From assembly GCA_000182565.2 (NCBI GenBank), contig KQ257465.1: 64,000 nucleotides of DNA; one strand, given 5' to 3'. The stretch is from Spizellomyces punctatus DAOM BR117 (taxonomy: Eukaryota). The notes beneath the pieces were generated by a model. It ran no database searches. It worked only from the letters and a program-made list of their open reading frames with translations, and had not been told where the DNA came from. Positions 35,499-49,728 of the stretch are shown piece by piece. Within the stretch, counting starts at the first letter, position 1. Every line of letters starts with the position of its first letter. Both the position numbers and the translations under genes were made by a program.

Positions 35499-37487
35499 AT
35501 GGCGTCGGATACACCCAGCAAGCGCACGACGGAGAGCTTGAGCAGCTCATTGTTCGAGCTAAAGTTTGATTCAGGAGCGTCAGCGGGACCGTTTGGAAAG
35601 GGTTCAACAACATCTCAGACGGAGAGTCCTAATTTCCTGTCCCCGTTTCGTCAAACTCATGCGGATCGCCTATCGGAACGTTTATTCCCTTCGTTTGATA
35701 ACGCACACTCGTCTTTGCTGGGAAGCGGAACTGTGTTTACGAGCAACCATGGGGCATCAACAGACTTTGGATTAGGTGGGATGGTGGGATTGAACGAGTT
35801 TCGAAACGACTCGGTTGTGCCTGCTGCAGAAGAACCACAATACACCTTTCCCACGTCGGCAACCAACGACGATGTATTTGGACTCGGTGATTTTCGGAAT
35901 GTCTTTGTGACAGACGAGGATCTGGTGCGGTTTACATGCCTTTCTTTACGCCAGACTGTACCAGCTCATCGTGTTGGACTAGGAAAGAGCTCGAGAGAAG
36001 CTCCCTGAAGAAGATATCAAAACGCCAGAGCAGTCTATTCGGGAAATGGTGGCGCAACTGCAAGTGTGGGAAGCCAGCCGGCCAGACGTAGAGGAAGATG
36101 CTACGGAGGAATCAAAATTTGAATCCGCGTCCATCTGCTTTAACTTTGTAAGCTGCGGTTGACACCTCCTCTCGCGTCTGTATCTGTTGAATATCTTTGC
36201 ATCATTGTTTAGATTGAACTGGGTTTCGGGAAAGTCATTGTGTCGTCGGATGGTCTCTACTGGCTGGGCGATCTGCTGATACCTGATCTGATGAGATCCG
36301 ACGGTCACCCAGACAGTACATCTGTCCCGGTGCATCGAGAACGCCACTGCCTATCCTGGAAATACGATATCTTGTCTGATGTGCGATATAAATCTGTACC
36401 GGAAGACAAAGCATTGGTCAATTTCACTGTTTCAGATGAGCATTTCATACAATTTTCGTTTGTCAATGGTGAGTCCGGATACCAGATTATTATGTCATGT
36501 CTCCTGCTCTACTGACTACACCAAGTGCAGAGATAGTAGCGCAACAATGCACGCAGCGAATTGCGGAGCAGCAACGTCATACAGGGCCAACAGAGATACC
36601 CGATCGTGTAGAAAACGTTACAGAAAGTGAAATATCTCCGGCGACCACATCGCTGGTGCCACAAACTCCTGCTCCCCGACGAGTTTGGTAAGCAAGCACT
36701 CTGAAAACTCCTGTTCATCCCTTTCACAGAGTTCCATCTTACCGCCTATTTTGTTCTAGGCGTAACGCAGTGGGCATAGAAAGAGAGCTACACTCTCTAA
36801 GATCGTCAACGCCAATAATCGTTGGTACCCGAATGAGTGCGAACCCCGCATTAGTTAGCCTTAATAAGGAATACAGGTACCATCTAGCGGTGCTGCACGT
36901 ACTACACTCTTTGTTTACATCTAAGTGCAACAACGATTCTTCGCAGTCAGCGGCGCGCCACAGCCCTGGAGGAACGTGATCGCATGGTAAAGAAGGCGGA
37001 AGACGAATATCAACAAAAATTGTTGCAGCTGGAGGAAGAGTTTGAACAACGACAAGCTGAGTTGGAGGTGACAGCCCACAGAGTTTTGCGGCTACGCCAG
37101 ATTTACATGTTAACCGAATTTACCAGCAGCTGTCAATGATTGAAAGCGACAAGGAACATGATGCAGGTTGGCTTAAATTGTATTCTGTTAAACCAAGCAG
37201 CAGACACTGAGAGTTTGGACGTCCTTGTAGCGCCACGGGAATGTCATCTTTGCTTTGATGAACCAGAATCACGAGGTACGGGGCTTGAATTAGTCAGGCC
37301 GAGATTTTCAGTAAGCACTGATGTCTAGTTGCCCGCAGTTATTGAACCATGCGGTCACCGCATTTGCCATCCGTGCGCGACCAAACTACAAGAAACGACA
37401 TCGCGATGTCCTTGGGACCGTGCCACTTACACAGATATTACTATGCTACAATCCGATGAGAACAGAAGGGTGCATGTAGTGATATGA
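35499..37487 (+). CDS. C-terminal RING-finger protein (putative E3 ligase) with a central beta-rich domain and a coiled coil
   Basis: Spliced C-terminus CHLCFDEPESR|VIEPCGHRICHPCATKLQETTSRCPWDR (C3HC4-like), preceded by the coiled coil AEDEYQQKLLQLEEEFEQRQAELE. Internal exon structure is only partly resolved. Confidence 0.72.
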
Positions 37488-37600
37488 ACAGCCCCGCATC
37501 GGGACAATTATGCATCTGCGCTACAGATAGCTCGGGTTTTGTACCTACGGAATCTAATGTATATATGTTGCTATTGCTATCTACATACCAGACTGACTGC

Positions 37601-40600
37601 TTAACGCAGAGGCGTGCCAGCCGCATGCAAATATTCATTGAGCTTGTTGAACACTGTTGGGCTTACAACCCCTTGAAGCTAAATCAGAAGACGGCGTCAG
37701 TGAAATGAGAATTGCCCATGCTTAACAACAATAGAACTCACTTTTGGATGCGTTTGGATTACTGTCGCAACAGACTTTGCCAGGTAGCTTTTCGCGTCTG
37801 TGATGCCCGTCACATAGTCTTTCTTTTTCTCCCCCACAACAGTCAACTTTGAGAATGACGCCTGGTATCCAGCTTCCTCAATATCGAAAGTATACAGCTC
37901 CTCTTCCTCTGTGACAGTGCCGATTTCTGCCACAGGGGTCTCGCATAGCTGAATCAATGCGTCAAGCAATGGTTGCCTGTCGAAAGCATTATAATTGAGC
38001 CATGCATTACAACACCATATATAGACACCCTGACACTTACCAGGTTGGCAGATACGGATCTGAGAGCATTATTTGACTCTGTCCCAGGAGATTCGCCATT
38101 CCAATTGTGGAGATCTTTCGTTCACTTGGACTCAACATGGAGCCCAATTCGGGTATCAGCACATTCTGTAAGAGGTTGTTGAAGAGAGGGCTGATGACGA
38201 AGGATGGGTCAAATTTGTTTTGAACAAAAACTGAAACCACAGCCACTTACGCTTGCTGAATGCTATCAATGCTCCCAATAACGACGTCAATAGTAAAATT
38301 CTCTCTTTTCAAAACGAAGAGGAGTGAAATGAAGTTTAGAAAGCCCCTCGTGTACTTTGATGTCTTTCCTTGCATCAACCGCGTCAGCAGCAGAACGAAA
38401 ATGTTCTTCATGTACGGCGTTAGAGTGTGTCTAAATCATTAGTCATGGTTAGCGAGCGACACACGAAAAAAAATCAGCAAGCCAAGCAACAAACTCACAT
38501 GGGGATGTGCTCGAATACCGCAGACAACAATTCAAACCCGTGATGGTCGTTCACTCTCGAGCCAATAAGTTTATGTGACACGCCCAGGACTTGTTCAAGT
38601 AGCTTCTGTTCAACAAGGAACTCGGGTCCTTTGGCAAGGTACGATCGGAGCAGTCTCAGCAGAGCAGGGATACTTCCTGCATAAGGTACAAGTATGTCAA
38701 AAGCGGTGCCCAGTGAAGGTCTTGGAGTAATGCACCACTCACCATGAGATTCCCAAAGCGACGGCATAAGCAGAGGCTGTGCCATACTGCGGTAAGCCTC
38801 TGGGATTCCTCCTTCGGTATGAAAATCCAACATTTGAGAGAGAATTTGGAATACATATGGCATGAATTCTGTCAAATAAAGTTAGAATCAGTCAAGATAT
38901 TCTTGACAGCAAGTTTCACACTTGCCGTCACTTGTAACTCACCTTCGATCGCTTGCGAGATGATTGCCTGAAAGGGAGGGAACAAAAGGCGCTCGAATTC
39001 TGCAACCAATGCGGGTTTGCGAGCACAAATAAATCTGCGCAAAAATTTCAACATCTGCTTTAATGTGCGTCCAAAGATATACGACAGACCTTATGATGGC
39101 TGCTAGTGCTTCAAACACGTAGTGATTGAACTTGGGATTGCTTGGATTTCTGCTTATCACTTCAATCACTCGGGTTATCCGTCCAACAACCTCCACAGCT
39201 ACAGGTTCAAGCTCATGTTTGGCTACGATGACAATACGCATGGCGGCTGATAAGCAACAAAGATGAAATTAACATTAAAGAATAACACAGAGAACAATAG
39301 ATCAGCGCATACTTTTCATCAGATAGTCATTCTCGGCAAGTTTTTCTGGGCTTGTGGCGTTTTTCTCGATAAGATCGAACAGATGCTTTAATATAGGGTG
39401 CGCTACAGATGCGATGTCGCTTTCATGGAATCTGTGCAGTTCAACATGTAACTTCTTCACCAATGTATAACTGGCGCACAACGCAACTTACAAGAAAGCG
39501 CCATTTGGCATCTTGGTAGCAAGAATTCGCTCAATGCAAACCGCTGCGTAGGTGTATACAACGTAGTTTGTTGATGTCAAGTGGTTTAGTAAGTAGGGAA
39601 AGACAGCGGATAATTGATCCTTTGTCAGCTGTACATTAAAAAGTGTTAGCAAGATTTATTGCATCTGTGGAATATGCCGTTATGGATCCCACCTGACTTC
39701 TGAAAACCATGAGAAACTTGATAGCATCCACTTTGATGATGGGATGAGCTGCGCCGTCCGCTGAACTTTGAAGTTCCGGTAGAATGTGTGTGGTGAATAA
39801 TGGCAAAACCTCCATGAACTCGTTAACTCTGGTTACACCGGTCTGGCAAGAAATTCACTTAGCAAAGTTGACCCAAGCCACAATCATGAAACATTTCTTC
39901 CCTACCTGGACCGTCGAGGAGCGCGCCGATAGGGATGTTATAAGGAAAAGAGCCGTGTCCTTAGCTTTCCAATTGGCGGCTCGATCACTCTCGTAGCTCT
40001 GTACGAATTAGGATTGGTATGCGGTCTAGAGACGAACTGGCCATGGGTATAACACGAACCTGTAAGTATGCCGTCACATACTGGGAAAATATCGTAGTAA
40101 CTTCCTGGGCAAAGTGCTCAAGTAAACCGCGGACAAGGTCAGAAGCAGCTCGTCGGCGAGTGTTCGTGTCTGGATTGGGTGATCATTAATCATGATTCAA
40201 TACCCGGTAAGGCCGGGATGGCGAACCTGATCCCTCTAAATCACGCCGAATAAATTCGATCGGGTCGTCTTCGAAAAGTTCCTCATCTGACGCTATGAAG
40301 AGGATACGGATTCAGATGTAAACACAAATAACAAAGCAAGATTCATTCGTCCGTACCTCTTAAAGCCATGTTTGGCAGGACCACTCTCTCGCAAATTCCT
40401 CGCAACGTATCCGGATTTTGGAAAATATCGCGATGCCGTGCGGGATGTACTACGGACGTCAAAAAACCAATGGCTTTGCTAACAAGCTACCACGACAAAG
40501 GTAACTTTAGACCATAAGATCGTTTGGGCCGCTAACAAGGCTATCTGCACTGTACCAAATCATATTTGGGTTCCAGGCCGGTCGTCGTCAAGAGATTCCA

Positions 40601-41857
40601 CACAGTTTCAACGAAAGCAGGGAGGTGTGTAAACTCTTCTTCGTATTTCTTGGCATACAAATCGAGATTCTCACAGATCGCTGCCTTTAATTTTTCGAGC
40701 GGACCGGCTTCATCCTCGTCCTGTCATTTGCAAGCCATAAGGCACATCATCCCTTTCCAATTAGACGGGCAACAATTAACTTACGGTGGTCTCCAACAGC
40801 GGATTCTTGTAGGTAAGGTACTTCTGAAACAACGCCATAAATTGCGCTTGGTTATCTTCGAAAAATTCTGGTATGTCTTGGAAATTCAGATCGTAAAAGA
40901 TTTTGGTAAGGAGGAGGAGCACTTGGAATAATGGTTGCAGTGCCGCAGCATTATTTGTGTTGGAGTCCACAGCTTGATCAACAACCTATATATACCATCG
41001 TAAGTCACAATGCTAGCATACCGATGCGGATGACATTGGGTCTTACCTGAAAGAATTGCAAATACGGAACGGAGAATTGCTCCAGGACAAACTTAATCTC
41101 CAGGAACAGTTCATCAGTTCTAGTCATCGCACGGTATCTACAACAATATGTTCAGAAGAATTCGTCTTCAGATACTCGGAGACGTGCATGCCCACCTCTT
41201 GAAGATTGAGTGTGCCGTTTGTAAAATGCCTAGGTTCGCAACGTGATCGTTGGGGTTCAGCTTACTAAGTAGATCCTACAACATAACTCTTAGATGAGGT
41301 CTGAGAAACGAATCAAATATTTCGCAAAACGCACTGGAATGAGCTTCTCCCATTGCGCCGGAAAGTCATTATCCGCAATGATTGACACGGCTTCTCCAAG
41401 TTGCACTTGGAGGGTGCTGGGTACCGCCATCATTAAGCCCACAATGTGCTCTTTGATTGCGATCCGGTCTGCTGGTGATATCTTGTCTGGTTCACCTTCA
41501 TCCTGTTTGGGCATTTGAGAAGATTGTCATAATGACAGTGTTCTCACGTTTGCACTTTTTTTACCTGTCGCCAATGCCGTTTTATAAAGTTCTTGAAATA
41601 GATAACTCCAGCAAAGCGGACTGTAGCATCGGTTGCGGGGTCATGTACTAGTTTCAACAGAAGAACGGGAAAATTTGGCTGTATCTCGACTGAAGTCAAG
41701 GACTGTTCCGCTAACATCCAAAAGTTTGCTGTCAGCTGGGAAGCATGTCGTGCGATGTGATGGACAAGATCCACCTACCACTCTTCCGCGTTGCAGGGTT
41801 TAACGTTTGTCCCAAGTAGTGTGTTAGGGCCGCAAAGTTTTCTGGGTTAGCCTCCAT
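37601..41857 (-). CDS. CSE1: Exportin-2 / importin-alpha re-exporter Cse1
   Basis: VRFAGVIYFKNFIKRHW, DFPAQWEKLI, DLNFQDIPEFFEDN, ELFEDDPIEFIRRDLEGS, NPSNPKFNHYVFE, EFMPYVFQILSQ and GYQASFSKL, spread over many exons. Confidence 0.95.
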
Positions 41858-41963
41858 AACTTGTGCGCTTCAACGAAAACCAAATTTTCGAAAGGCCGCC
41901 AAGATCGTAAACGGAAAACTGCCAGCTGGCTTCGCTGTTCGACAGGCTGGACATCATTGAGGC

Positions 41964-41977
41964 CACGTGACTATAAA
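41964..41977 (+). promoter_or_regulatory. E-box (CACGTGAC) abutting TATAAA in the CSE1/BRCT divergent promoter
   Basis: The sequence ccacgtgactataaa lies about 50-60 bp upstream of ATG 42024. The same 8-mer occurs upstream of several other genes. Confidence 0.5.
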
Positions 41978-42023
41978 GGTTAGGTAAGGGGTCCGATGCG
42001 TTGGAGCAGGAAGGCGATCTGCA

Positions 42024-42695
42024 ATGGACAAGTTTGTGATAAGAACCAAGCGAACGAATACGGCAGCAAAGGATGTGAAACCAGCAACCTCTTCTTCAGC
42101 TCATAAGACTCCAGAGTTTGGTGGACCATTCAAGATCGATCACTACCAAAACCCTACTGCCGGCCATCAAGTGAACAATGGAGGAGGAGTGCAAAGATAT
42201 ATGGCAGCGCGACAGTATAAGCTGAGTCAACAAAAGCCATCAAGCGTTTCGTCCATCTTTGATGGTGTTCACGTTTACGTAAATGGTAAGACCAGTTTGC
42301 AAGGACCTTGTGCTATCCGCGCTTCTCATTCTGGTGTAGGCTACGTTGGCAGTATGGACGATCTCGAGTTTCGCAAACTGATTCAGAGCCATGGCGGTAC
42401 GATAGCGTTAACCTTAGCCCTCCGTACGGTAACCCACATGGTTTGCACGTCGCTGTGCGCCAGTAAAACGCAAAAACTACTTTCTGCTCGACGGGCAACG
42501 GTGAAAGTTGTTCACCCAGATTGGATAATACAGTCGGTCAAGAGTGGGAAAAGACTTCCCGAAAGTTCATTCGGAGTCATAAAGACTAAGATGGTATGTC
42601 AAGATGTTCAGTCTATTTTTGCTGTTGGTCAAACGTATTCTACTTGAAACCAGAAAGCGTTAGATAAGTTTCTGCCCTCCGACACTTCAGCATAA
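42024..42695 (+). CDS. Small stand-alone BRCT-domain protein resembling the Rev1 N-terminal BRCT
   Basis: YMAARQYKL...SIFDGVHVYVNG|YV...LIQSHGG...VTHMVC...VVHPDWIIQSVKSGKRLPESSF, with a last exon KALDKFLPSDTSA*. No polymerase domain follows. Confidence 0.82.
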
Positions 42696-42783
42696 TCGCG
42701 TAAATGTACATTTTTGTCAGGGCAGCATAACTCACAATAGAGCTAGAGATAATGTAAATAAAATGGTCCGTTTTACTATGCTA

Positions 42784-44246
42784 TCATTGCGCAGTTGGGA
42801 AGTTCCTCCTGCTTAACAACATTCCCTTCAAAGTTCTGATTTCACTTTTCACCTCCGAAACCTTCTTTCCCCATTCGGCTGTGGCATCCGACCCTTTTGC
42901 AGCGAACGCATCGGGCTTCGAAAAGGTCGAATACAATGCGTACATGGAAGGATTGAAGTACGTCTCTTGTGACACAAGATGACTCAGCTCATCAACTGAT
43001 TGTCGCAAATCCCGTAATGCCAAAGGGCCGTTCTCCTGTCCTTTTCCTTCCGAATCCTCAACTTGAGAATGCCCTCTCCTGTTCAGCAAGTCCAGTTCCT
43101 TAGTGACTCGAAGCAGTGAAGCGTCGGTAGATTCAAACGAAGCTCGAAAGACTGAACTAATTGTTTTCACTTGCTGTCCTATGGGTTGTGATGCCTCTGG
43201 TTGGTGCGCAAACATGTGACCCAATGAGGCAACTTTCTGGACAAAATCAGCGACCATCGCTCGTTGTTTTTGTAGATAGCTATCATAAAGGACTTTAAAC
43301 CGCATCATCGAAGGTATATGGTAATGCTACAAAGCACATGCGTTAGGAAGATGGATGTGAGTAAAGTGAAAGAGGAAGCCAGTATACCCTGATGAAAGCC
43401 ACAAGCGCGGATAGAGCGCCGCCACTGAGAATGAGAGCAAGAAGAACGTTCTTCCACATCTCCTTCCGCGACGTCGTTGGGATAGACTGCACTTGGAATG
43501 GCCTATTGGTAGGAAGACCTTGGCCTGATGTTGGAACAGATGTCGCAGGAGAAGGAACATAGCCGCTTGACGGTGGAAAGGCATTGGTAGGTAGAGCAGG
43601 TTGGCTGACGAACCATGGCAGAAACAGTAGTAGAATTTCAGGTCAGCAAATATTTGACAATGACAATACGGTGAAGATGACAATGCCAAAACAGAAACAG
43701 TAGACAGAGACAGATGCCCTTGCTCATTTACCTGATGTTGGATACTGGCTGCGGTTGGCTTGTCCCCGCACGACTTGTAGCGAGTTGGATTTCTTCTTCT
43801 GTGAGTCCCTTCTGTTTCAAGAACGCAACTTTTCGCTCTTGCGGGGACGATCGAACATTTGGAGATTGTAAAAATGAAACAGCTTGCGCAATCATGTCCT
43901 GTCGGGGAGCTTGATTCGTTTGAATGTGTGACGAGACGTTTGTTTTGGCTACGGAGGAGGGTGATGGGTGATTTCCGGAAGTGGAGGACGATGTTGCTGT
44001 GGGATTTCGCTCTTTGGGCTTGCTTTCTTGTTGGGCTGCCCTCTGCCGCTCCAAAAGTTGCTGTTTTATCTTACTCCTCTGCTCTGGTGTCAAGGCGAAT
44101 CCGGCGGGTGATGAGGTCCCATTGGGAGCAGTTTTCACCACCGGCTGTTCAGCCAACGTGGCCTGCTCCTGCTCGCTATTCTCAGTGTTCTCTTGCGCTT
44201 GTCTACTCGCATGATCCTCCTCCACAAACGGCTTGTCGTCTGCCAT
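42784..44246 (-). CDS. PEX14: Peroxisomal membrane anchor Pex14
   Basis: Pex14_N motif RQDMIAQAVSFLQSPNVRSSPQERKVAFLKQKGLTEEEI, a TM segment and the C-terminal KSEIRTLKGMLLSRRNFP. Confidence 0.92.
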
Positions 44247-44395
44247 TCTGCCGATCTGGCGATCCTATGAAGTACTTTTTGTATTACAATGTGTCATCAA
44301 TCCGGCGCGGGCAATAAAAATAAACGCTACTGAACCGCCAAGCGCGTCGTAACGAGCTTTTCACACCAACAAACCTGCCCCAACCTTACATCGGC

Positions 44396-45272
44396 ATGAG
44401 TACAGGGCAACAAGGCTCAAACGGTGTTTCCGGTTTCTCACGATATGTCCGTATAGGTGAGAGCCTTCCGGTAAAGGACGATCGGAAGTGTTTAGAACGG
44501 TACCTCACTATCTAGCGCCTCGCCAGATCCCCAAACATGGACAAACGTTACGGAGCAGTCTCGCGCGCGATTCGCAGGACTGAAGCCACTAGGGGACTTT
44601 TTTGATAAGAACAGGTTCAGAAAACCGAGCAACATTGGAGGTGAGTCGCTGGAATGGATATGCTGCCCAGAAGTCTTCTGCTCACCCCCACAGTTGTTTC
44701 GAAATAGTTTTCACCTCAAGGTTGAACTACAATTTGACATATTACCAGGTACGGTGTTGCATGCCCCATGGAATATTACAGAGGATGACTAACGCCTGGT
44801 GGTGATTAGAATAATTACATCTTGATTGTCCTGATTGTAACCGCATATCAGCTACTTACAAACTTGCCGCTACTGTTGATCATTCTATTTTTATTGGGTA
44901 AGATGGTTGTTTCTCTATAAAGAGCTGTATGTATCAAATATTTAGATCGGACACTTTTTTTCATTCCAGGTGGCTGGAAGTTCATCTCATCGCTCCCCGC
45001 AAATCAACCCACGACGCTCTTGGGTGGTACGGACAAAGATATGGACATCATATATTGGGTTCTTGACTCACTAAAATCATTTTATGCTAGTCCAAGTAAC
45101 TTCTCGACAGCTTTGGCCTGCGTTCGCTATGACCGGGGTACTGCTTTTGTGGTTTTCGGATGCGACGGGCACAATCTTCTGGATGGTTTCTCTTTGTGCA
45201 CTCATTATAGGATTCCATGCAGGGATGATGGAACCACCTGTGGAAGCCAGCTTTGCAGAGCAGCAAGTTTAA
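44396..45272 (+). CDS. PRA1/Yip3 family prenylated Rab acceptor
   Basis: Spliced LKPLGDFFD..RF.KP, RLNYNLTYYQ|NNY, hydrophobic hairpins and TIFWMVSLCALIIGFHAGMMEPPVE. Confidence 0.87.
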
Positions 45273-46656
45273 AACCACAGATTAATCAGGTCCAAGTTTT
45301 GTAACACTACATATATATAACTACAGAGTGATATGGATTCTATGCGTAAATATAGCGCAGAATATTCATGGTTGGATAGAGATCCTGCGCTTGCAGCTTT
45401 ACTAGACAGTGTCACTTCTCGCAACAGCCAACCACAACATGTCTCTTCAATCCAGACTGATGGGGTCACACTTTATAAGCAAATCACAAGTCCATCGCAA
45501 GGTGCACTCGGTGTTCGTGAACGTTTTCAATCAGATGTCGAGGTGGGAGCAAAGGGGGACACATCTTAGCAGTGTACCTCGTGTGTGATAGCCATAATCC
45601 TGTTCATGTGCGGCTACCAAAGTATCGCCTCTTGCTGTCTTTGAAACTCAGGCTGCTTTTATCGGCCACCCCAGGCGACGTCATCATCATTCAAGTGAGT
45701 GCACACCAGTTTTACTCTCAGGGATATACTGGGTGGAGGTTGGCGAGCATGTCCACCTAGGCTGGTTCGCTGTGCCTTGTTCATAAGTTCCTTGTTATCG
45801 CAGATGCCGCTGTTCTTAGCGGTCAGGGATGGTTACACTGCATGTCACCGTCGGGTTCGCTATGCCTCGGTCCAAATCATGGAGGGCGTGCAGGCCCGTC
45901 GCTGGCATCTCGTCGTTGAAGCACACTACTTTACAGTGAAATGATTTGAAGGTGAATCGCTCCACTCCGCTTGCAGAGTCATCCACAGCCTCTTCAAGTT
46001 TATATATCTGTGTTTAGGCTCAGCACGCTAAACAGCGCACCTTTGGACTAGGTATTGGCGTGGATAACTTTGTCTTTGGTGATATTGGATTGACTTCCAT
46101 GCGTTGATGCTCCATTCTTTTTGCCCTTGCGCTTATCTTTCTTAGTATCTCACTGCTTTTTCTTTCCGCGTGCGCTTCTATGATAGGTGCCGATGTCCGT
46201 GCTACCGGATGGAGTTGTCAAATACGAATATCCCGTTTGTAGCCTCGAAGTATCAGGGAAGGAAGACTGCAGCGGTTGTAACGAACTGCTATCTTTGACA
46301 ACAGCAAACCTGGGCTATTGCTCAACGAAATACGTTACTGTTTCTTCAAACATCCCTGTGGCCCAGGCGAAGTCACTGGGCAGTGTTTATGAAGTTTGCT
46401 TTTTCGGTCACTTGTGAGGTGTAGTTCTGAAGAACCACAGCTGTATCGGGTCCGGCTGTTTCCGTTAACAAAAACGGTGTAAACCCTAATATAAGCAAAG
46501 TCAAGCGACATCATGGGGGCTGGACAAGGCGGCTGGTCAGGGGGGCAGAAACGTAATCGCGTTAAAGTTTAACCACGTGACAGTGACAGCCGACTGGCCA
46601 TTCCTGGGTGGTCGATCGTTTTCGTTCAATCGAGGAAATGCAAGTAGGATCAGACA

Positions 46657-49600
46657 ATGGCTAGAAATTATTGGTCTTCACCCCACCGGTTAAAGACCAG
46701 TATGGGCTTGTTTACTATCATATTCTTGCTCGGTGCGGCCTTCGGATCCGTATACGCAATGCCACAACCCTCGGTCGAACTCAAGCATGAAGTTACCTAC
46801 TCGTCCGTTGGGGACGAAGTCAGCCTCTCGGTCCGTCTCGCAAAATCTCCCTACTTGTCTATTAAGCTGTGCTTATGAAGGTTTCTTTGCGTTCTGATAG
46901 CACTGTCGGGATATTGGAAAGCTGCCGGGAGACAAGTGTCAATACGTTTTGGAAAACTGTAGCGAGCCCACGAGCGGCTTTGGGAATTACCTGGAATTTT
47001 ATTACTGCACCATGCGGAATCATCAAATAATTGGTTGTGGACTTCTGGTCTGTGTTGTCATGTTTGTAGAAAGGTCCTATGATGCATTGCTGATTTTGGG
47101 TGTAGCTATTTGCCACGATGTACACCTTTTTGATGCTGGGGACTGCGGCAGGGGAATACTTATGTATGTTCTTGCCTATAGGCTAGATTGTAGCTTCATA
47201 AAGCTAACACTATCTGTATTTTAGGCCCAAATCTCTCCAACATTTCCTCATGGCTTCATCTATCCGAGTCGGTCGCCGGGGTGACATTGGCAGCCATTGG
47301 TAAACAATGAGCGAGGGTGCCTATCTATGTTATCGCCTGCTAATGATATATTTAGGAAACGGGGCCCCCGATCTCTTCTCGACGTTCTCGGCTATGAGGG
47401 CAGAAACCGCGGGTCTGGCCATTGGAGAGCTTTTGGGGGCTGCCATGTTTATTACGTTGGTGGTAGTGGGAGCAGTTGCCATCACAACACCGTTTAAATT
47501 GCCACGGTATGCCGGTTTCGGTGTTATAATGCAATGAAACTCAGCTAATGGCTCTTGTCTGAACGGCTCATGATAGGACAGACGACCATTTATCAGGGTA
47601 AATGTCGCTTTTTGCATATCTTTGATATTCTCTATCGGATGGCTGACTTGTATGCACCTAGGATGCGGTTGCTTTTATAGGAGCGTTATTACTTGTTCTC
47701 ATAATATGCGCGGATAAGAAGATTACTCATCTGGAAGGATGGACGCTAATTCTGTACTATATGATTTATGTAACAGTCGTCATAGTCAGTGCTTGGATTT
47801 ACCGTCGTCAAAAAGCAGAACGACTGCAGAGTCCGCCTTTGGAAGTTTCCGACCCTCACCACTCCAACGAACCACGGGAAGGTAATGATTCATTCGACGC
47901 ATCGCACAATGCCGCGCTTTCTAATCATGATTATTTGCGCAGAATTATCGCCCGTCAGTATACCAGCGACCCCTCTCTCTGTGGTATGGACAGGAGTGTC
48001 TGAACGAGACATGCCTTTTTTTGAAACCGATGCGCTTCTTGGGAACCGCGAAGATGATGATGACAGTCTTTACGATGAAGACGGCTTTGACGCCGAGTTC
48101 TTCCTGCCTCACTTCAAGCCATCGAAATTGCCCCATGATTTTCTAAAATTACCCACAAGCGGGGTTTTGGTGCGTTCATGGTCCTCGCACAACGACAATT
48201 TCAGGCGAGCGAGATCTCGGTCACCCGAGCGACGTTCAAACCATCTCAGCGGATACGGTTCCGAGGCGGGCGCAGTGGTGCAGCCTACTGAGTTCAATGG
48301 TAGCCCAGTGTCGGCAACACCTGCCAATGAATGGGAGGCGGTACAGTCTGTTTTATCGCAACCAGACGACGGGACCCCGCGACTGTGGGATGTTGACGGG
48401 GATCATGGTCTCACTGCACTAGCCTACTGTGACCGGTTGTGGGCGGCATGTCTGCATTGCCGTGATGTGCTCGAGCGACTGTTTCCCGCACTATTCAAAT
48501 GGAGGTCATTGTCCGTATGGCAAAAAATGCAGGCTTTTCTGTTCCTCCCACTGTATCTTGCCTTCTCGCTGACGATTCCCGCTGTGCACCAAGAAGAGAT
48601 GGAATTAGATATACGTAGAGAGAAGGCTAAATCAGAACGACAGTTGACGGATACCGGGGACATTCTAGTAAATTCGGATGAGCCCGAAGAGGACGGAGAC
48701 GTCAGCCTGGTGGACGTGGAGGATAAGGGACCTGTTATTACCTTTAAGACTCTCAATCGCGAGCTCACCATAATTCAGCTTGCGATTGCTCCCATTTTTA
48801 CTGCATTCGCTCTACAAGGTCAGCTTTGGGCTTATGGCAATGTACGGCGTCCAAACGTTCTAACATTCTCAACAGAGCTTACGTCATATGTTGGAAATAC
48901 GCCCATCCCCGTATGGGTATTGTGCATCGCGCTGGGAGCAGTCCTGGCTACTGTTGGATTCTATGCGACGCGTCACAGAGCGGTGATAAAATATGGTAGA
49001 ATATTGGCTCTGTGTGGGTTCTTTATGTCCGTGATCTGGATATACGGTATGCACATTGTTTTGAATTTGATAACGGCAGGTCTGGTCTGTATGTTGAATG
49101 TTCTACAGTCATTGCCAGCGAAGTCGTGGGCATGCTGGGCGCTATGGCGAGCATATTTGGAGTCAGTGAAACAGTAATGGTAGGGTCATAACTCGGCCGA
49201 TCATATGGATGAAATCACGCTCACGATACATTAACGTAGGGATTGACCCTGTTCGCCATAGGAAATAGCGTAGGAGGTAAGGTGACCTTGGATCGGGATA
49301 CAATTGTAACTGCAGTTTCAACTTATGATACCCTACAGATCTCATGACGAACATCAGTATAGCACGTATGGGCTATCCGACAATGGCTGTGGGGGCTTGT
49401 TTTGGGAGCCCTATGCTCAGTAAGTAACGCGGTATCGCGCGTTTATTCGTTGCTTGTTTTGACAACATGTTCATTCTTAGACCTGGTACTCGGCATCGGT
49501 GTCACATCTACATACATCACGGCCATAAAAGGAGAACCTTACCTTTTACGACACTCCCTGACCCCCGCATATGTCTGCGCTGTCTCACTTGTGCTTGCGC

Positions 49601-49728
49601 TATTTGGCTCAATCATATACATTTCTGCAACTGGCTTTAAAGCAACAAGAAGATACGGGGCAGCACTCATTGCTCTCTACGGTGTACTCATGGTGGCTAT
49701 TGTGCTGGTTTCTAATAGTGGCTATTGA
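46657..49728 (+). CDS. Cation/Ca2+ exchanger, CCX/NCLX (Ycx1-like) family
   Basis: Alpha-1 repeat SESVAGVTLAAI|GNGAPDLFSTFSAM...GELLGAAMF, alpha-2 repeat GLTLFAIGNSVG|DLMTNISIARMGYPTMAVGACFGSPML and a large acidic loop. Confidence 0.92.

Noticed and set aside
45527-46200. Possible small spliced minus-strand gene between PRA1 and CCX
   Set aside because: The model needs an implausibly short 33-nt intron and has no clear start or recognisable motif.
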